NCBI GenBank assembly: GCA_963847705.1
Contig: CAWKBC010000014.1
Coordinates: 160,001-224,000 of the forward strand
Length of the DNA stretch: 64,000 bases
Direction of reading: 5' to 3'
Origin: an uncultured Pseudomonadota bacterium
Lineage (GTDB): Bacteria > Myxococcota_A > Polyangia > Fen-1088
Part shown: piece by piece, positions 46,910-56,674 of the stretch
Layout of the letters: each line of letters opens with the position of its first letter
How positions within the stretch are numbered: the stretch's first letter is position 1
Program-made: the position numbers and the translations under genes
The notes under the pieces: generated by a model
Seen by the model: the letters and a program-made list of their open reading frames with translations, nothing else
What the model was told of the DNA's origin: nothing
The model's database searches: none

Positions 46910-47538
46910 GACGTCCCCTCCACCGGCCGCACCTCGCCCGCCTCCGCGGCCAGGCGGGCCATCAGATCGCGACGCGCGTGCAGCGCCCGTTGCTTGACCG
47001 CGCCTTCCCGGTCGCCGATCAGCTCCGCGGCCTCGGCCAGGGAGCACCCCTCGACGGCGACCAGGACGAAGGCGATCCGCTTCTTAGGCGACAGCTGGTC
47101 CAGCAGCGCGAGCAGCCGGGCCAGATCCGCACGCGCGGCGACCTGATCTTCCAGCGCGGGGCCGAGCTGCTCGACCAGCGCCGCCGCGTCGAGCGGGCCC
47201 TCGTTTTCGGCGGCGCGATGGCGCCCGCGCAAGTGATCGTAAGAAATGTTCACCGCGATACGATGAAGATAGGTCGAGAGCTTCGCCTCGTTGCGATAGC
47301 CGGGCAACCCGCGATGGAGGGCCATGAACACCTTCTGGACCAGGTCGTCGCGCTCGGCGACTGGGCCCACCAGGCGCGTGATGCGCGTCCTCACGGCGTC
47401 CGCGTGGCGGCGGAAGAGGCGGGCGAACGCGGCGCCGTCACCGAGGCGCGCCGCGGCTATCAGCGCCGCGTCGTCGGCTTCCGAGCCGCGATGCGGGTTG
47501 ACGGCCCTCGCCGGTGCCAGGCGGCCACGGATCCTCAC
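46906..47538 (-). CDS. ECF RNA polymerase sigma factor
   Basis: AFARLFRRH, DDLVQKVF, LSTYLHRI, LSPKKRIAFVL; paralog of 32802-33410. Confidence 0.92.
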   Translation of the reverse strand: MRIRGRLAPARAVNPHRGSEADDAALIAAARLGDGAAFARLFRRHADAVRTRITRLVGPVAERDDLVQKVFMALHRGLPGYRNEAKLSTYLHRIAVNISYDHLRGRHRAAENEGPLDAAALVEQLGPALEDQVAARADLARLLALLDQLSPKKRIAFVLVAVEGCSLAEAAELIGDREGAVKQRALHARRDLMARLAAEAGEVRPVEGTS

Positions 47539-48491
47539 GGCCCCAACACCGCCTCGGCAACGACGGCGACGTACGGCGCCAGCTGCGGACTCGAATAGGC
47601 CGTGTTGAAGGTAAGCGTCGACAGCTCCGTGCGCCGGGCGAAGTAATCGAAGCCCCCCATCAGCAAGCCCCGGAAGCGGCCGGCGATCGGAAACTTGGCG
47701 GCCAGGAAGGGGCCCACCAGGGGCGTCACTTCCGTGTAGATCTCCTTGGTCGTGACGCGATACACGGCAACGCCGGCGCGGACACCGGCCATCACGACTC
47801 TATTCTGGATCGCCAGCACCAGCCGGAGGGGCGTGGCATCGTAGTTGACCGTCGCAGACTCGTTCGTCCCAGAATCCGGGTGGCGCACGATCCCGTGATC
47901 CCAGCCGACCTCCAGGCCGATCCGCAGCCAATTGCGAGTCCAGGCAGCGCCAACGGTGCCGGAGACCATCCAGGGATCGGGGCCTTGTGCGCCGCGGGCC
48001 CCGGCGAGCGCGAGGTGCACGCTCCAGGGCCCGTCGAGCTCCGCTCTCTGCGCGGACGGACGCCCGGGGACGCGCACCTCCTCCACCACCCCCGCCGCCG
48101 GGACCGGATCCGGCATCGAACTCGCCGTCGCCGTCGCCGATACCTCGGGCACCTCCGGCCCCGGCTGCAGCAGATCGAGCACGTTGAGGGCGACCGTCCG
48201 CACGGCAGGGTAGTCCCAGGCGACAATCGCGATCCGGCGCGACAGGGAACCGACCCGCACGACCGCTCCAACCGCCTCCAGCGTGACGTCGATCGGGACG
48301 GCTGGCTGGGCGCGCCCCGCCAGCACGTCCTCGATCGCGGCGCGAACGTCGGCGGCCAGCTGCGGCGGCAAGTCCACGCCCGGGGCTTGATGGACGTCGA
48401 TCGGCTCGCCCGCCTTGGCAACCGAGATCGCCGCCGTCAGGCCAGCGAGGACGCCTCCGAGAACGATGTTGCGAATCGACGCTTTCACCAT
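47535..48491 (-). CDS. Secreted/outer-membrane protein heading an ECF operon
   Basis: Signal peptide; VRVGSLSRRI..VRTVAL resembles VRVGARSRIV..ARVVAL of 31816-32805. Confidence 0.7.
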   Translation of the reverse strand: MVKASIRNIVLGGVLAGLTAAISVAKAGEPIDVHQAPGVDLPPQLAADVRAAIEDVLAGRAQPAVPIDVTLEAVGAVVRVGSLSRRIAIVAWDYPAVRTVALNVLDLLQPGPEVPEVSATATASSMPDPVPAAGVVEEVRVPGRPSAQRAELDGPWSVHLALAGARGAQGPDPWMVSGTVGAAWTRNWLRIGLEVGWDHGIVRHPDSGTNESATVNYDATPLRLVLAIQNRVVMAGVRAGVAVYRVTTKEIYTEVTPLVGPFLAAKFPIAGRFRGLLMGGFDYFARRTELSTLTFNTAYSSPQLAPYVAVVAEAVLGP

Positions 48492-48611
48492 GGTGGGTCG
48501 CTCAATGGATTGGACGATCGCACGGGCTCGGAGGGAAAACCGACCTCGATTTTTTCCCCAATCGGGGCCACCGTCGTCTCACAAGGGGAGCATTTCGCCA
48601 CCGGAGCCACC

Positions 48612-49487
48612 ATGACCCTTCGCCCCTTGCTGTTGCTGCCGTTGCTGGCCATCGCCGCCTGCGAGACCCAGAAGAAGCCGCTCACCGGGTACGACAGTCC
48701 GCCGCCCGGGATCCTCCTCGGCGACACGGGGGCGGCGCTGCTGTTGTGGCCGATCTTCGACCTGCCCCCAGGGGATCAGAACTTCGAGCCCCTGCTCAAC
48801 GGTGAGGGGACAGTGATCCCCACCTCCACGGCTGAGGGCTTCAACAACTACGACTACGACATGTTCCCCCTGAAGGGCTGGACGGGGGGCTTCATGACGG
48901 GGCTCGGCTGGTTCCCGGCCGGCACCTACGTCGTCGACCTCGTCGACGAGAACACCGGCCAGAGCTGGGGCCAGTCGGCGCCGCTGCCCGTCCCCCTGTC
49001 CGACCCCTCGGGCCAGCTTCCGACCGTGATGTTCACCCATTTCGACGACCAGGTCGGCTCGTGGTACATGGATCCCACGACGCAGGACTCGGACCCGGCG
49101 ACGGACGAGATCACGGTGACCAACCTGCTCCAGGAAGACGTGGTCGTGCAACGCTGTCAGATGACGGCCGCCGGCCCGACCTCCTGCACTTCGGTCGGCA
49201 CCGTCTCGCCGGGAGCCGACCTCTCCACCGTCGAAACGTTGGCGACCTCGTCCAGCGCCGACTACCAAGCCCTCTTCGTCCAGCTGGCGAGCGATGCCAG
49301 CCAGTCCTACGAGCGCGACCTGGTCCAGGGAACCAGCACCTCGTTCCCACCGGCCTGCGAGATAGAGCGGATCCTGGTCCACGGCGAGCGTCCGCTCCCG
49401 CCGGGCTACAGCGCGACCGGCTACAGCGGGTTCGCCATGTCCTCCTGTTATGGATATGGGAAGGGACCCTTAACCAGCAGCCCGTGA
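48612..49487 (+). CDS. Lipoprotein divergent from an ECF module
   Basis: Lipobox IAAC; ITVTNLL..QRC..SCT similar to 30833-31705. Confidence 0.75.
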   Translation: MTLRPLLLLPLLAIAACETQKKPLTGYDSPPPGILLGDTGAALLLWPIFDLPPGDQNFEPLLNGEGTVIPTSTAEGFNNYDYDMFPLKGWTGGFMTGLGWFPAGTYVVDLVDENTGQSWGQSAPLPVPLSDPSGQLPTVMFTHFDDQVGSWYMDPTTQDSDPATDEITVTNLLQEDVVVQRCQMTAAGPTSCTSVGTVSPGADLSTVETLATSSSADYQALFVQLASDASQSYERDLVQGTSTSFPPACEIERILVHGERPLPPGYSATGYSGFAMSSCYGYGKGPLTSSP

Positions 49488-49636
49488 TCTCTCCGCATCG
49501 GCGGCAACAGCCTCCCCCATGGGTTTCGATCCGCGCGGCGGGTGGGTGGGTGGGTGGGACAAGTCGGGCCGGCGCGCAGGCTGACCTCCTCAACCGCGTT
49601 GCGAACGGTAAGCCCGACGACGATTGACGGCGCGCC

Positions 49637-50830
49637 ATGGCCGAGAATTGCCTGATTCCGAATCTTTGCTCAATTGGCGGCGTTCCCTGGTCGATGCAGG
49701 AGGGTCGCGTGGGGACGTCGGTGTCGTCGTTCGAGATCAAGACCGAACGGTTCGGGCGCTACCTGCTGCTCGCGCTGGCGACGACGCTCGGCTGCCGCGG
49801 CTCGACCGAGGTCCCCGAGGCGGGGGCGATCTTGGTGCGCGCCCATCTGGCGCCCGGCGCGCCGATGCCGGACGAGTTGAGGCTCTTCGTCTACGACGAC
49901 ACCGGGATCCTCTGGCACGACGTCCGCACCCCGTCGGAGGGGCCGCTGGTGGCCGAAAGCGCGACTCTCCTCGGGACGATCCTGATCAATCCGGGGACCA
50001 CGGTGGGTGATCTCCGAATCGACGTGCACGGGCTCGCGGACGGAAGCCTGGTCGACGAGGCGACGCTGGTCATCGCGCCGGACGCGCGCGGGCAAGGGAC
50101 ATTCGATCTGACGCTCTCCGGGGCGCTCCCCTCGGACACCGACGGCGACGGCGTCCCCGATCCAGTCGATGACTGCCCGACCGTTCCCGATCCGGACCAG
50201 ACCGGCTGTCGCGCCGACGGCGGGTCGGCGGACGCGGCCCCCACGCGGAGAGACGCCGGGCCCGACGCGCCGGCGCGGGCGGGAGAGGGAGGCACCGCCG
50301 GTGGCGGCGCGGCCGGCGCGACGGGCGGTGCGGCGGGCGGTGCGGCGGGCGGTGCGGCGGGAAGGACAGGACAAACCGGCACGGGCGGCACGGCAGGGCA
50401 ATCGGGTGCGGGCGGCGGGGCGGGACGGACCGGACAAACGGGCGCAGGCGGCGCGGCGGGCGGCGCGGCGGGCGACGCGACGGGCGGCGCGGCGGGAAGG
50501 ATCGGACAACCCGGCGCGGGCGGAGCGGCGGGACACGGCGGCGCCGGCGGCGCGACGGGCGGAGCGGCGGGACACGCAGAGGGCGGCGGCGGGTCGGGCG
50601 GTGCGGGCAAGCTCCCCCAGGGCGCCGCCTGCAGCAACGCCAGTGCTTGCGCCACCGGCTTTTGCAAGGACGGCGCGTGCTGCGACACCGCCTGCACCGA
50701 GGCGTGCAACAGCTGCGCGAGCGGCACCTGCACCGAGGTGACCAATGCCCCCGACGATCCCGAATGCCCCGAGCCGCTCTTCGCATGCAACAAGAGGGGC
50801 CAGTGCGTCATCTCGCTCTCATCCGACTGA
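49637..50830 (+). CDS. Lipoprotein with TSP3-like repeat, Gly/Ala linker and Cys-rich C-terminus; start uncertain
   Basis: TLGC lipobox, DTDGDGVPDPVDDCP, GAACSNASACATGFCKDGACC. Confidence 0.75.
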   Translation: MAENCLIPNLCSIGGVPWSMQEGRVGTSVSSFEIKTERFGRYLLLALATTLGCRGSTEVPEAGAILVRAHLAPGAPMPDELRLFVYDDTGILWHDVRTPSEGPLVAESATLLGTILINPGTTVGDLRIDVHGLADGSLVDEATLVIAPDARGQGTFDLTLSGALPSDTDGDGVPDPVDDCPTVPDPDQTGCRADGGSADAAPTRRDAGPDAPARAGEGGTAGGGAAGATGGAAGGAAGGAAGRTGQTGTGGTAGQSGAGGGAGRTGQTGAGGAAGGAAGDATGGAAGRIGQPGAGGAAGHGGAGGATGGAAGHAEGGGGSGGAGKLPQGAACSNASACATGFCKDGACCDTACTEACNSCASGTCTEVTNAPDDPECPEPLFACNKRGQCVISLSSD

Positions 50831-50859
50831 CGGCGCGCTGAGCTCCGGCGGCGCGGCGG

Positions 50860-52299
50860 TCAGACTTCGGGCACGGCGACCTTGTGCTGGCTGACGTTGT
50901 CGCCGTCGTCGGGCTTCAGGGTTCGGAACAGGATCGTCGAGAGGACCGTCAGCCCGCCGAGAGCCAGACAGGCCCAGTGGATGCCGTGGACGATCTGGCG
51001 AGGCATGGCGTGGAACCGATCGGGGATGAAGACGGCCACGGCCAGGGACGCCGAGGCGACGCCGAAGCTCAACGACAGCTGCTGGCTGGTGCTGGCGATC
51101 GTGCTGGCCATGCTGGCGTCGCTGTCGAGCACATCGGCGTAGGTGAGCGTGTTCATGCTGGTGTACTGGAACGAGGAGAAGAACCCGAAGCAGAAGGTCT
51201 GCGCGACGATCACCCAGAGCGGCGTGCGCGGTCCCACCAGCGCGAAGAGCCCGATCAGCAGGCCAATCGCGATCGTGTTGGTGAGGAGCACGCGCCGGTA
51301 TCCGAAGCGGCGCAGGAGGCGGGGCATCGCCAGGCGCAGGCTCATCGCCGCCAGCGACTGCGGCAAAATGAGCAACCCCGACTCGACGGCGCTGTATCCG
51401 AGCCCGACCTGGAAGAGCAGCGGCAGGAGAAACGGCAGGCCGCCGACCCCCAGGCGCGTCAGGAAGGCTCCGCCGATCGCCGTCCGCAACGTGCGAATGC
51501 GCAGCAGCGCCAGGCGCAGCAGCGGATTGGGCACGGTGGTCGCGTGGCGCGCATAGGCCAGCAGCAACGCCGCGGAGAGCGCCAGCAGGCCGCCGATCTC
51601 GGTCGGGCGCAGGCGGTGCTCGCCGAAGACCTCGAGGACATAGGACAGGAGCGCGATCCCGCAGCCAAAGAGGGCCAGTCCCACGTAGTCGAGCTTCTCG
51701 ACGCGCTCGGCGCGATAGTCGGGCAGGTGCCGGTGGATCAGGAACAGGCCGAGCAGGCCGAACGGCACGTTGAGAAGAAAGATCAGCCGCCAGTGGAAGT
51801 ACCGGACGATCAACCCGCCGGCCAGCGGGCCCAGCATCGGTCCGATCAGCGATGGGATCGCGACGAAGGCCATCGCGCGGACCAGCTCGGAGCGCGCGAA
51901 GGTCCGGACCATGGTGAGCCGGCCCACCGGCACCATCATCGCGCCTCCCATCCCTTGCAGGATTCGAAACGCGATCAGCAGGCGGAGGTCGGTCGAGATC
52001 CCGCAAAGGATCGACCCCAGCGTGAAGATCCCGATCGCCGATGAAAACACCCGCCGGGTCCCGAACCGATCGGCGACCCAACCGCTCACCGGAATGAAGA
52101 CCGCGAGGCTGAGGGTATAGCTCGACAACACCGACTTCATGCTGAGCGGCGCGATTCCCAGCGCGGTCGCGATGGTCGGCACGGCGGTGTTCAGGATCGT
52201 GGTGTCGAGCGACTCCATGAAGAACGCCACCGCGACCAGCCAGGGGACCAGGGCCTTGGAATCCCCGCTGGCCTGCGAAGTGGTAGTAGGGACGCTCAT
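50860..52299 (-). CDS. MFS drug:H+ antiporter (DHA2/EmrB-like)
   Basis: FFMESLDTTILNTAVP, SGWVADRFGTRR, FRILQGMGGAMMVPVGR, WRLIFLLNVP. Confidence 0.92.
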   Translation of the reverse strand: MSVPTTTSQASGDSKALVPWLVAVAFFMESLDTTILNTAVPTIATALGIAPLSMKSVLSSYTLSLAVFIPVSGWVADRFGTRRVFSSAIGIFTLGSILCGISTDLRLLIAFRILQGMGGAMMVPVGRLTMVRTFARSELVRAMAFVAIPSLIGPMLGPLAGGLIVRYFHWRLIFLLNVPFGLLGLFLIHRHLPDYRAERVEKLDYVGLALFGCGIALLSYVLEVFGEHRLRPTEIGGLLALSAALLLAYARHATTVPNPLLRLALLRIRTLRTAIGGAFLTRLGVGGLPFLLPLLFQVGLGYSAVESGLLILPQSLAAMSLRLAMPRLLRRFGYRRVLLTNTIAIGLLIGLFALVGPRTPLWVIVAQTFCFGFFSSFQYTSMNTLTYADVLDSDASMASTIASTSQQLSLSFGVASASLAVAVFIPDRFHAMPRQIVHGIHWACLALGGLTVLSTILFRTLKPDDGDNVSQHKVAVPEV

Positions 52300-52432
52300 C
52301 CGACCGCGATACCAGGAATTGCGTGAGGACAGGAAGAAAAGGCCGCCTGGCGAGCCCGTTCGACGGCTTCCCGGACCCACCCGACGTCGCCGAGACGGCC
52401 TGGCGAGCAACCGCCGCGCCGCCCTCCGCCGC

Positions 52433-52672
52433 TCAATGAGCGCCGAGGAGCGGCGACGGCCAGGACGGGCGCGACGGACGCTTGCGCGGCTGGCGCTCCG
52501 CTGGATGCGTGAAGATCTGCCCGAACAGCTCGAGCGGAACGGCGAAGGCGCCCACCGTGGTCCCGACCAGCTCGACCACGACGCTGTCGTCCTTGATGTC
52601 GCGGACATTCACCTGGACCCCGCGATCACTCTCCCAACACTCGTTCTTGTCAGGCCTGTCGGGATGGCTCAT
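52433..52672 (-). CDS. Small hypothetical protein
   Basis: 79-aa ORF with a plausible beta-rich core; no family recognised. Confidence 0.35.
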   Translation of the reverse strand: MSHPDRPDKNECWESDRGVQVNVRDIKDDSVVVELVGTTVGAFAVPLELFGQIFTHPAERQPRKRPSRPSWPSPLLGAH

Positions 52673-53015
52673 AGGGCAAGTGTAAGCCTCATACTGAGCG
52701 GGGTAGGACCCTTTCGCCCGCAGCGAGCGTGCTTAAAGCGCGGCGCCGCGAGCTCCGGCTGGATGAGGCGCTGGCCCTGGTTCAGCCAGGGCCAAGCTCA
52801 TGCGACGCGTGCGAGAGCTGGTCACCGACGACGATCCGGGAAGTGACCGCACAGCCAGTTTCAGGAAGCGGTTCCGGTGCGGCCACCCTGGCTCGGATCG
52901 CCGATCGGCCGATGCCAGGCAACCCATCAGAGGGTCCGCTGCAGGATTCCGTGGACCTTGGGCGAACATCTCGAAATAGTCGGGCCTGCTTTCGTTGTGT
53001 CAAAGAGGAGTCACG

Positions 53016-54842
53016 ATGCCCGCAGCGCCGGCCAAGAACGATGGGATGGGGAGCCTGCTCTACCCGAGCGGCGCGTGCCGCTTTCGGGTCTGGGCACCGT
53101 TTGCCAAGAGCGTGAAGGTCGAGGGGGATTTTACGGGGTGGGGCCCCGCCGGCGCCGTCGATCTCAATTCGGAGGGCAACGGAAATTGGTCCGGCGAGAT
53201 CCCCGGGGTGAAGGCGCTTCAGCTCTACAAGTACCTGATCGAGAATGTGGGTGGCCCGGGGAACGACGACTCCCACGTGTGGGAGCAGGCCGACGCGCGC
53301 GCGTTGCAGGTGGAGAGCTCGAACTTCGCGTCGGCGAGCTACGTGATCGCTCCCTTCGATCAATCTCGCCGGCCGGCGTTCAGCACGCCCCGCTTCGAGA
53401 ACTTCTCGCTCTACCAGCTCCACGTGGGCTCGTTCGCGGGACTGAACGACCGGGCGCCGCCGATGACCGGCCGAACCGCGAAGTTCTCTGACGTCGTCGC
53501 CAAGCTCTCTTACATCCGTGGGCTCGGGTTCAACGGGGTGGCTCTGCTTCCGATCGGCGAGGTCAAGGGTGACATCGGGGGGGTCGGGGAGGGCTACGGA
53601 ACCTGCGACATGTTTGCGCCTGAAGATCTGTATGGAACCACCAAGGACACCGCCGTCGCGGATCTGCTGGCGCTGGTCGACGCCGCCCACGTCGCCGGCT
53701 TGGCCGTGATCTTCGACGTCGTCTATGGTCACTCGGCGACCAATGACAACCGTTACTGGACCTACGACGGCAACCAGTACGGAGCCAATCAGGGCGGTGA
53801 GTATTTCGACCGTGGGAACTACAACACGGGCTTTGGGGCGGGATTTGCTTTTTGGCAGCGAGAAATTAAGGACTTCTTCCTCGACAACGCGCGGATGTTC
53901 CTGCGCGACTATCGCGGCGACGGGTTGCGGTTCGACGCCATTCAACTGGTGCAACCGGACGCCATTCAGGATCTCGCCGGAGCGTTGCAAGCGGAGTTTC
54001 CCGACAAGTACCTGATCGCCGAATACAACCCCGGGGACAGCAACGCCTGGGGGCCGTCGATGGACCCTTTCACGGGTCTGCACTTCGACGCCACCTGGGA
54101 TCTGGCCGGTCCGTACCAGGCGTACGCCGCGCTCAATGGCGCGGGCCCCGTCGACAACCTGCTCACGCTCATCGGCGATTTCCAAAATCCCGCGCCTTGG
54201 TGCTCGGTGCGATACCTGGCTGGATCACACGATCGGATCTTCAACGACGGCACCGACATCGAGAGACGCTACCTGGTCGAGCGCTTCGGTGGTCGGACCA
54301 ACGGCTGGGCTCTGGCCAAGGCGCGGTTGGCCTGGGCGCTGACCGTGACGCTGCCCGGAACGCCCATGCTGTTCATGGGGACCGAGGGTCACCTCGACGG
54401 ATTCTGGAACCCCGACCTCGTCAACGGCGTCGACCGCCGTGTCGACTGGAGCAAGATGGGAGATCCGACCGGCGCTCCGATGCAGCGCATGGTGGGCGAC
54501 ATCAACAACCTCCGGTGGCAACATCCCGCCCTGCGCTCGCCGGCGGGGAACGTCACCCACGTCGACCGGCAGGGGCAGGTCGTGGCGTTCAAGCGTTACA
54601 CGCTCGACGGCGATCTGCTGCTCGTGGTGGTGAATGTCAGTGACAACCAGTGGGCCTTCCACGACTACGGCGTCCTCATGGGCGGCGAGGCGGGCACCTG
54701 GACGGAGGTCTTCAACTCGCAGGCGCCCGAATATGGCGGCATCGACAGCACCGGGAACTTCGCAGAGTTTCTCACCGTCTCGGATGGCAAGCTGTTCTTG
54801 AACCTGCCTCGGTGGTCGGTCGTGGTGTTCCGGAAGACCTGA
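53016..54842 (+). CDS. GH13 alpha-amylase family protein with CBM48 (branching enzyme/TreZ-like)
   Basis: FRVWAPFA, YQLHVGSF, DVVYGH, DGLRFDA, IAEY, SHD, PMLFMG. Confidence 0.9.
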   Translation: MPAAPAKNDGMGSLLYPSGACRFRVWAPFAKSVKVEGDFTGWGPAGAVDLNSEGNGNWSGEIPGVKALQLYKYLIENVGGPGNDDSHVWEQADARALQVESSNFASASYVIAPFDQSRRPAFSTPRFENFSLYQLHVGSFAGLNDRAPPMTGRTAKFSDVVAKLSYIRGLGFNGVALLPIGEVKGDIGGVGEGYGTCDMFAPEDLYGTTKDTAVADLLALVDAAHVAGLAVIFDVVYGHSATNDNRYWTYDGNQYGANQGGEYFDRGNYNTGFGAGFAFWQREIKDFFLDNARMFLRDYRGDGLRFDAIQLVQPDAIQDLAGALQAEFPDKYLIAEYNPGDSNAWGPSMDPFTGLHFDATWDLAGPYQAYAALNGAGPVDNLLTLIGDFQNPAPWCSVRYLAGSHDRIFNDGTDIERRYLVERFGGRTNGWALAKARLAWALTVTLPGTPMLFMGTEGHLDGFWNPDLVNGVDRRVDWSKMGDPTGAPMQRMVGDINNLRWQHPALRSPAGNVTHVDRQGQVVAFKRYTLDGDLLLVVVNVSDNQWAFHDYGVLMGGEAGTWTEVFNSQAPEYGGIDSTGNFAEFLTVSDGKLFLNLPRWSVVVFRKT

Positions 54843-54872
54843 CATGGATGAGACGCGCCAATGAGGTGCCGG

Positions 54873-55499
54873 TCACCTCGACGAGACGGCCTGGCAGACG
54901 CCAGCCACGCAGGGTTGGCCCTGCGCGCAGGTGAGGTGGCAGCTCCCGCAATCGTTGCTGTCGCTGTTCAGATCGGCGCAGGCCGGTGGGATGTTGCCCA
55001 GCGCGGCGCACAGGGTGTTGCCAGGAGGGCATTCACATGCGCCATTCGTGCAGGTCTCACCGCTCAAGCAAGCGTTGCCGCAGCCGCCGCAGTCGTTGCT
55101 GTCGCTGTTCAGATCGGCGCAGAGCTCCTGGAGACCGACCGTCGCCGGGCACCTGGTGTGACCGGCGGGACAGATGCAAACGCCATTCAGGCAGCTCTCG
55201 CCGACCAAACATGCCTGCGTGCATTGAGCTGAGGCGGCCGAGCCTCCCGGGCCCGAGACACCGGTGGTGCCCACCCCGCGCGTGGCTCCTGCGCCAGTCG
55301 TCTCCCCTGCCCCGCCCGCACCCGACGGTCCCTGCCCAGTGGCACCCGCGCCGGCCGCAGCGTCCGCGCCGGTCGACTGAGCACCTCCGCAACCTTGCAT
55401 CATCGCGGCCACGACCAAGATCGACATTCCGACGCCGACCAATGAGGTCCTTGACCACATGCCCGCCCTCTGGTTCTCCACCCGGAAGGTAGCGACCAT
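54873..55499 (-). CDS. Lipoprotein with myxobacterial Cys-rich repeats; start uncertain
   Basis: MQGC lipobox-like motif; two CADLNSDSNDCGxC units. Confidence 0.75.
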   Translation of the reverse strand: MVATFRVENQRAGMWSRTSLVGVGMSILVVAAMMQGCGGAQSTGADAAAGAGATGQGPSGAGGAGETTGAGATRGVGTTGVSGPGGSAASAQCTQACLVGESCLNGVCICPAGHTRCPATVGLQELCADLNSDSNDCGGCGNACLSGETCTNGACECPPGNTLCAALGNIPPACADLNSDSNDCGSCHLTCAQGQPCVAGVCQAVSSR

Positions 55500-55617
55500 T
55501 CACTTGCCAGCACAGTGGGTCGCGCGCGAAACGATTTCGCTGCCGCTCCTCGCCGCATTCCGCAGAGTGGGAAATCGGCGCTATCTTTGAGCGCGACCCG
55601 ACGGTCGAGGAGCGCCC

Positions 55618-56661
55618 ATGGTCACGGGATTGGTGCTGCAGGGTGGGGGAGCGCTGGGGGCCTTCGAGCTCGGCGTGATCGAGTGGTTGCTCGACCAGGA
55701 GATCTCGCTCGACGTCGTCTCGGGGGTGTCGATCGGGGCCGTGAACGCCGCCGTGCTGGCGGGGAGCAAGCATGGGGATCCGCGGAAGGATCTCCGCGGG
55801 CTGTGGGCCGACCTGACCACGCCGGCGCTGCCGCCGCCGCTGGATCTCGCGAATGGGCAGGTGTCGCTTTTCGGCAACCCGGGGATGTATGCCCCGCGCG
55901 TCGACTACCTGGATCTGTGGCGGTGGACCAGCTTCTACGAGACGGGGCCGCTCCGGGCGACCCTCTCCAGGTACGTGGACTTCGAGAAGCTGAAACCCGG
56001 CGCCACCCACTCGCCGCAGCTGATCCTCAGCGCCACGAACCTGGCCTCCGGCAGGCTCGATCGCTTCGACAGCCGGAAGATGGCGGTGACGGCGGAGCAC
56101 GTCGTCGCCAGCAGCAGCCTGCCGCCCGCCTTTCCGATGACCACCGCGGCAGGCCCGACGCCGGGGGGGCCCCCGATCCCGTACTGGGACGGCGGGTTGT
56201 TCGACAACACGCCGCTCTCCAAGGTCATCGACGCGCTGGAGGATCGCCAAGACGATCCGGACAAGACCATGTACGTGGTCAACCTTTTCCCCTCGAGTGC
56301 CCCCCTGCCGCGGAACATGTCCGAGGTGCTGAACCGGATCACCACCCTGGCGTTCAGCAACCGGACGGAGAAGGACCTCCAGCGGGCACACCGAACCACC
56401 AAGATCATCCAGCTCGTCGACGAGCTCGACCGGATGATGATTGCGCACCCCGAGTTGGAGCAGCTCAAAGCTCACCCCGGTTACCGGGCAGTGAAGGAGC
56501 GCAAGCGGCCGATCCGGATCATCCAGATCACCAACACCGACGTCACCGGCCCGTCCGATTTCTCACCTGAAGCGATCGCGGACCGCCGCCGCCGTGGCTA
56601 CGCCGCGGCCGCCGCGTCCCCCGAGACAACAGCTCCCGCTCCGGACCTTCGCTTTCGATGA
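55618..56661 (+). CDS. Patatin-like phospholipase
   Basis: GGGALG, GVSIG (GxSxG), SSSLPP, WDGG. Confidence 0.92.
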   Translation: MVTGLVLQGGGALGAFELGVIEWLLDQEISLDVVSGVSIGAVNAAVLAGSKHGDPRKDLRGLWADLTTPALPPPLDLANGQVSLFGNPGMYAPRVDYLDLWRWTSFYETGPLRATLSRYVDFEKLKPGATHSPQLILSATNLASGRLDRFDSRKMAVTAEHVVASSSLPPAFPMTTAAGPTPGGPPIPYWDGGLFDNTPLSKVIDALEDRQDDPDKTMYVVNLFPSSAPLPRNMSEVLNRITTLAFSNRTEKDLQRAHRTTKIIQLVDELDRMMIAHPELEQLKAHPGYRAVKERKRPIRIIQITNTDVTGPSDFSPEAIADRRRRGYAAAAASPETTAPAPDLRFR

Positions 56662-56674
56662 CGCTTGATCGTGT

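Noticed and set aside
50280-50610. GGCGGCGCGGCG-type repeats as a non-coding repeat element
   Set aside because: They encode an ordinary Gly/Ala linker of a myxobacterial lipoprotein.
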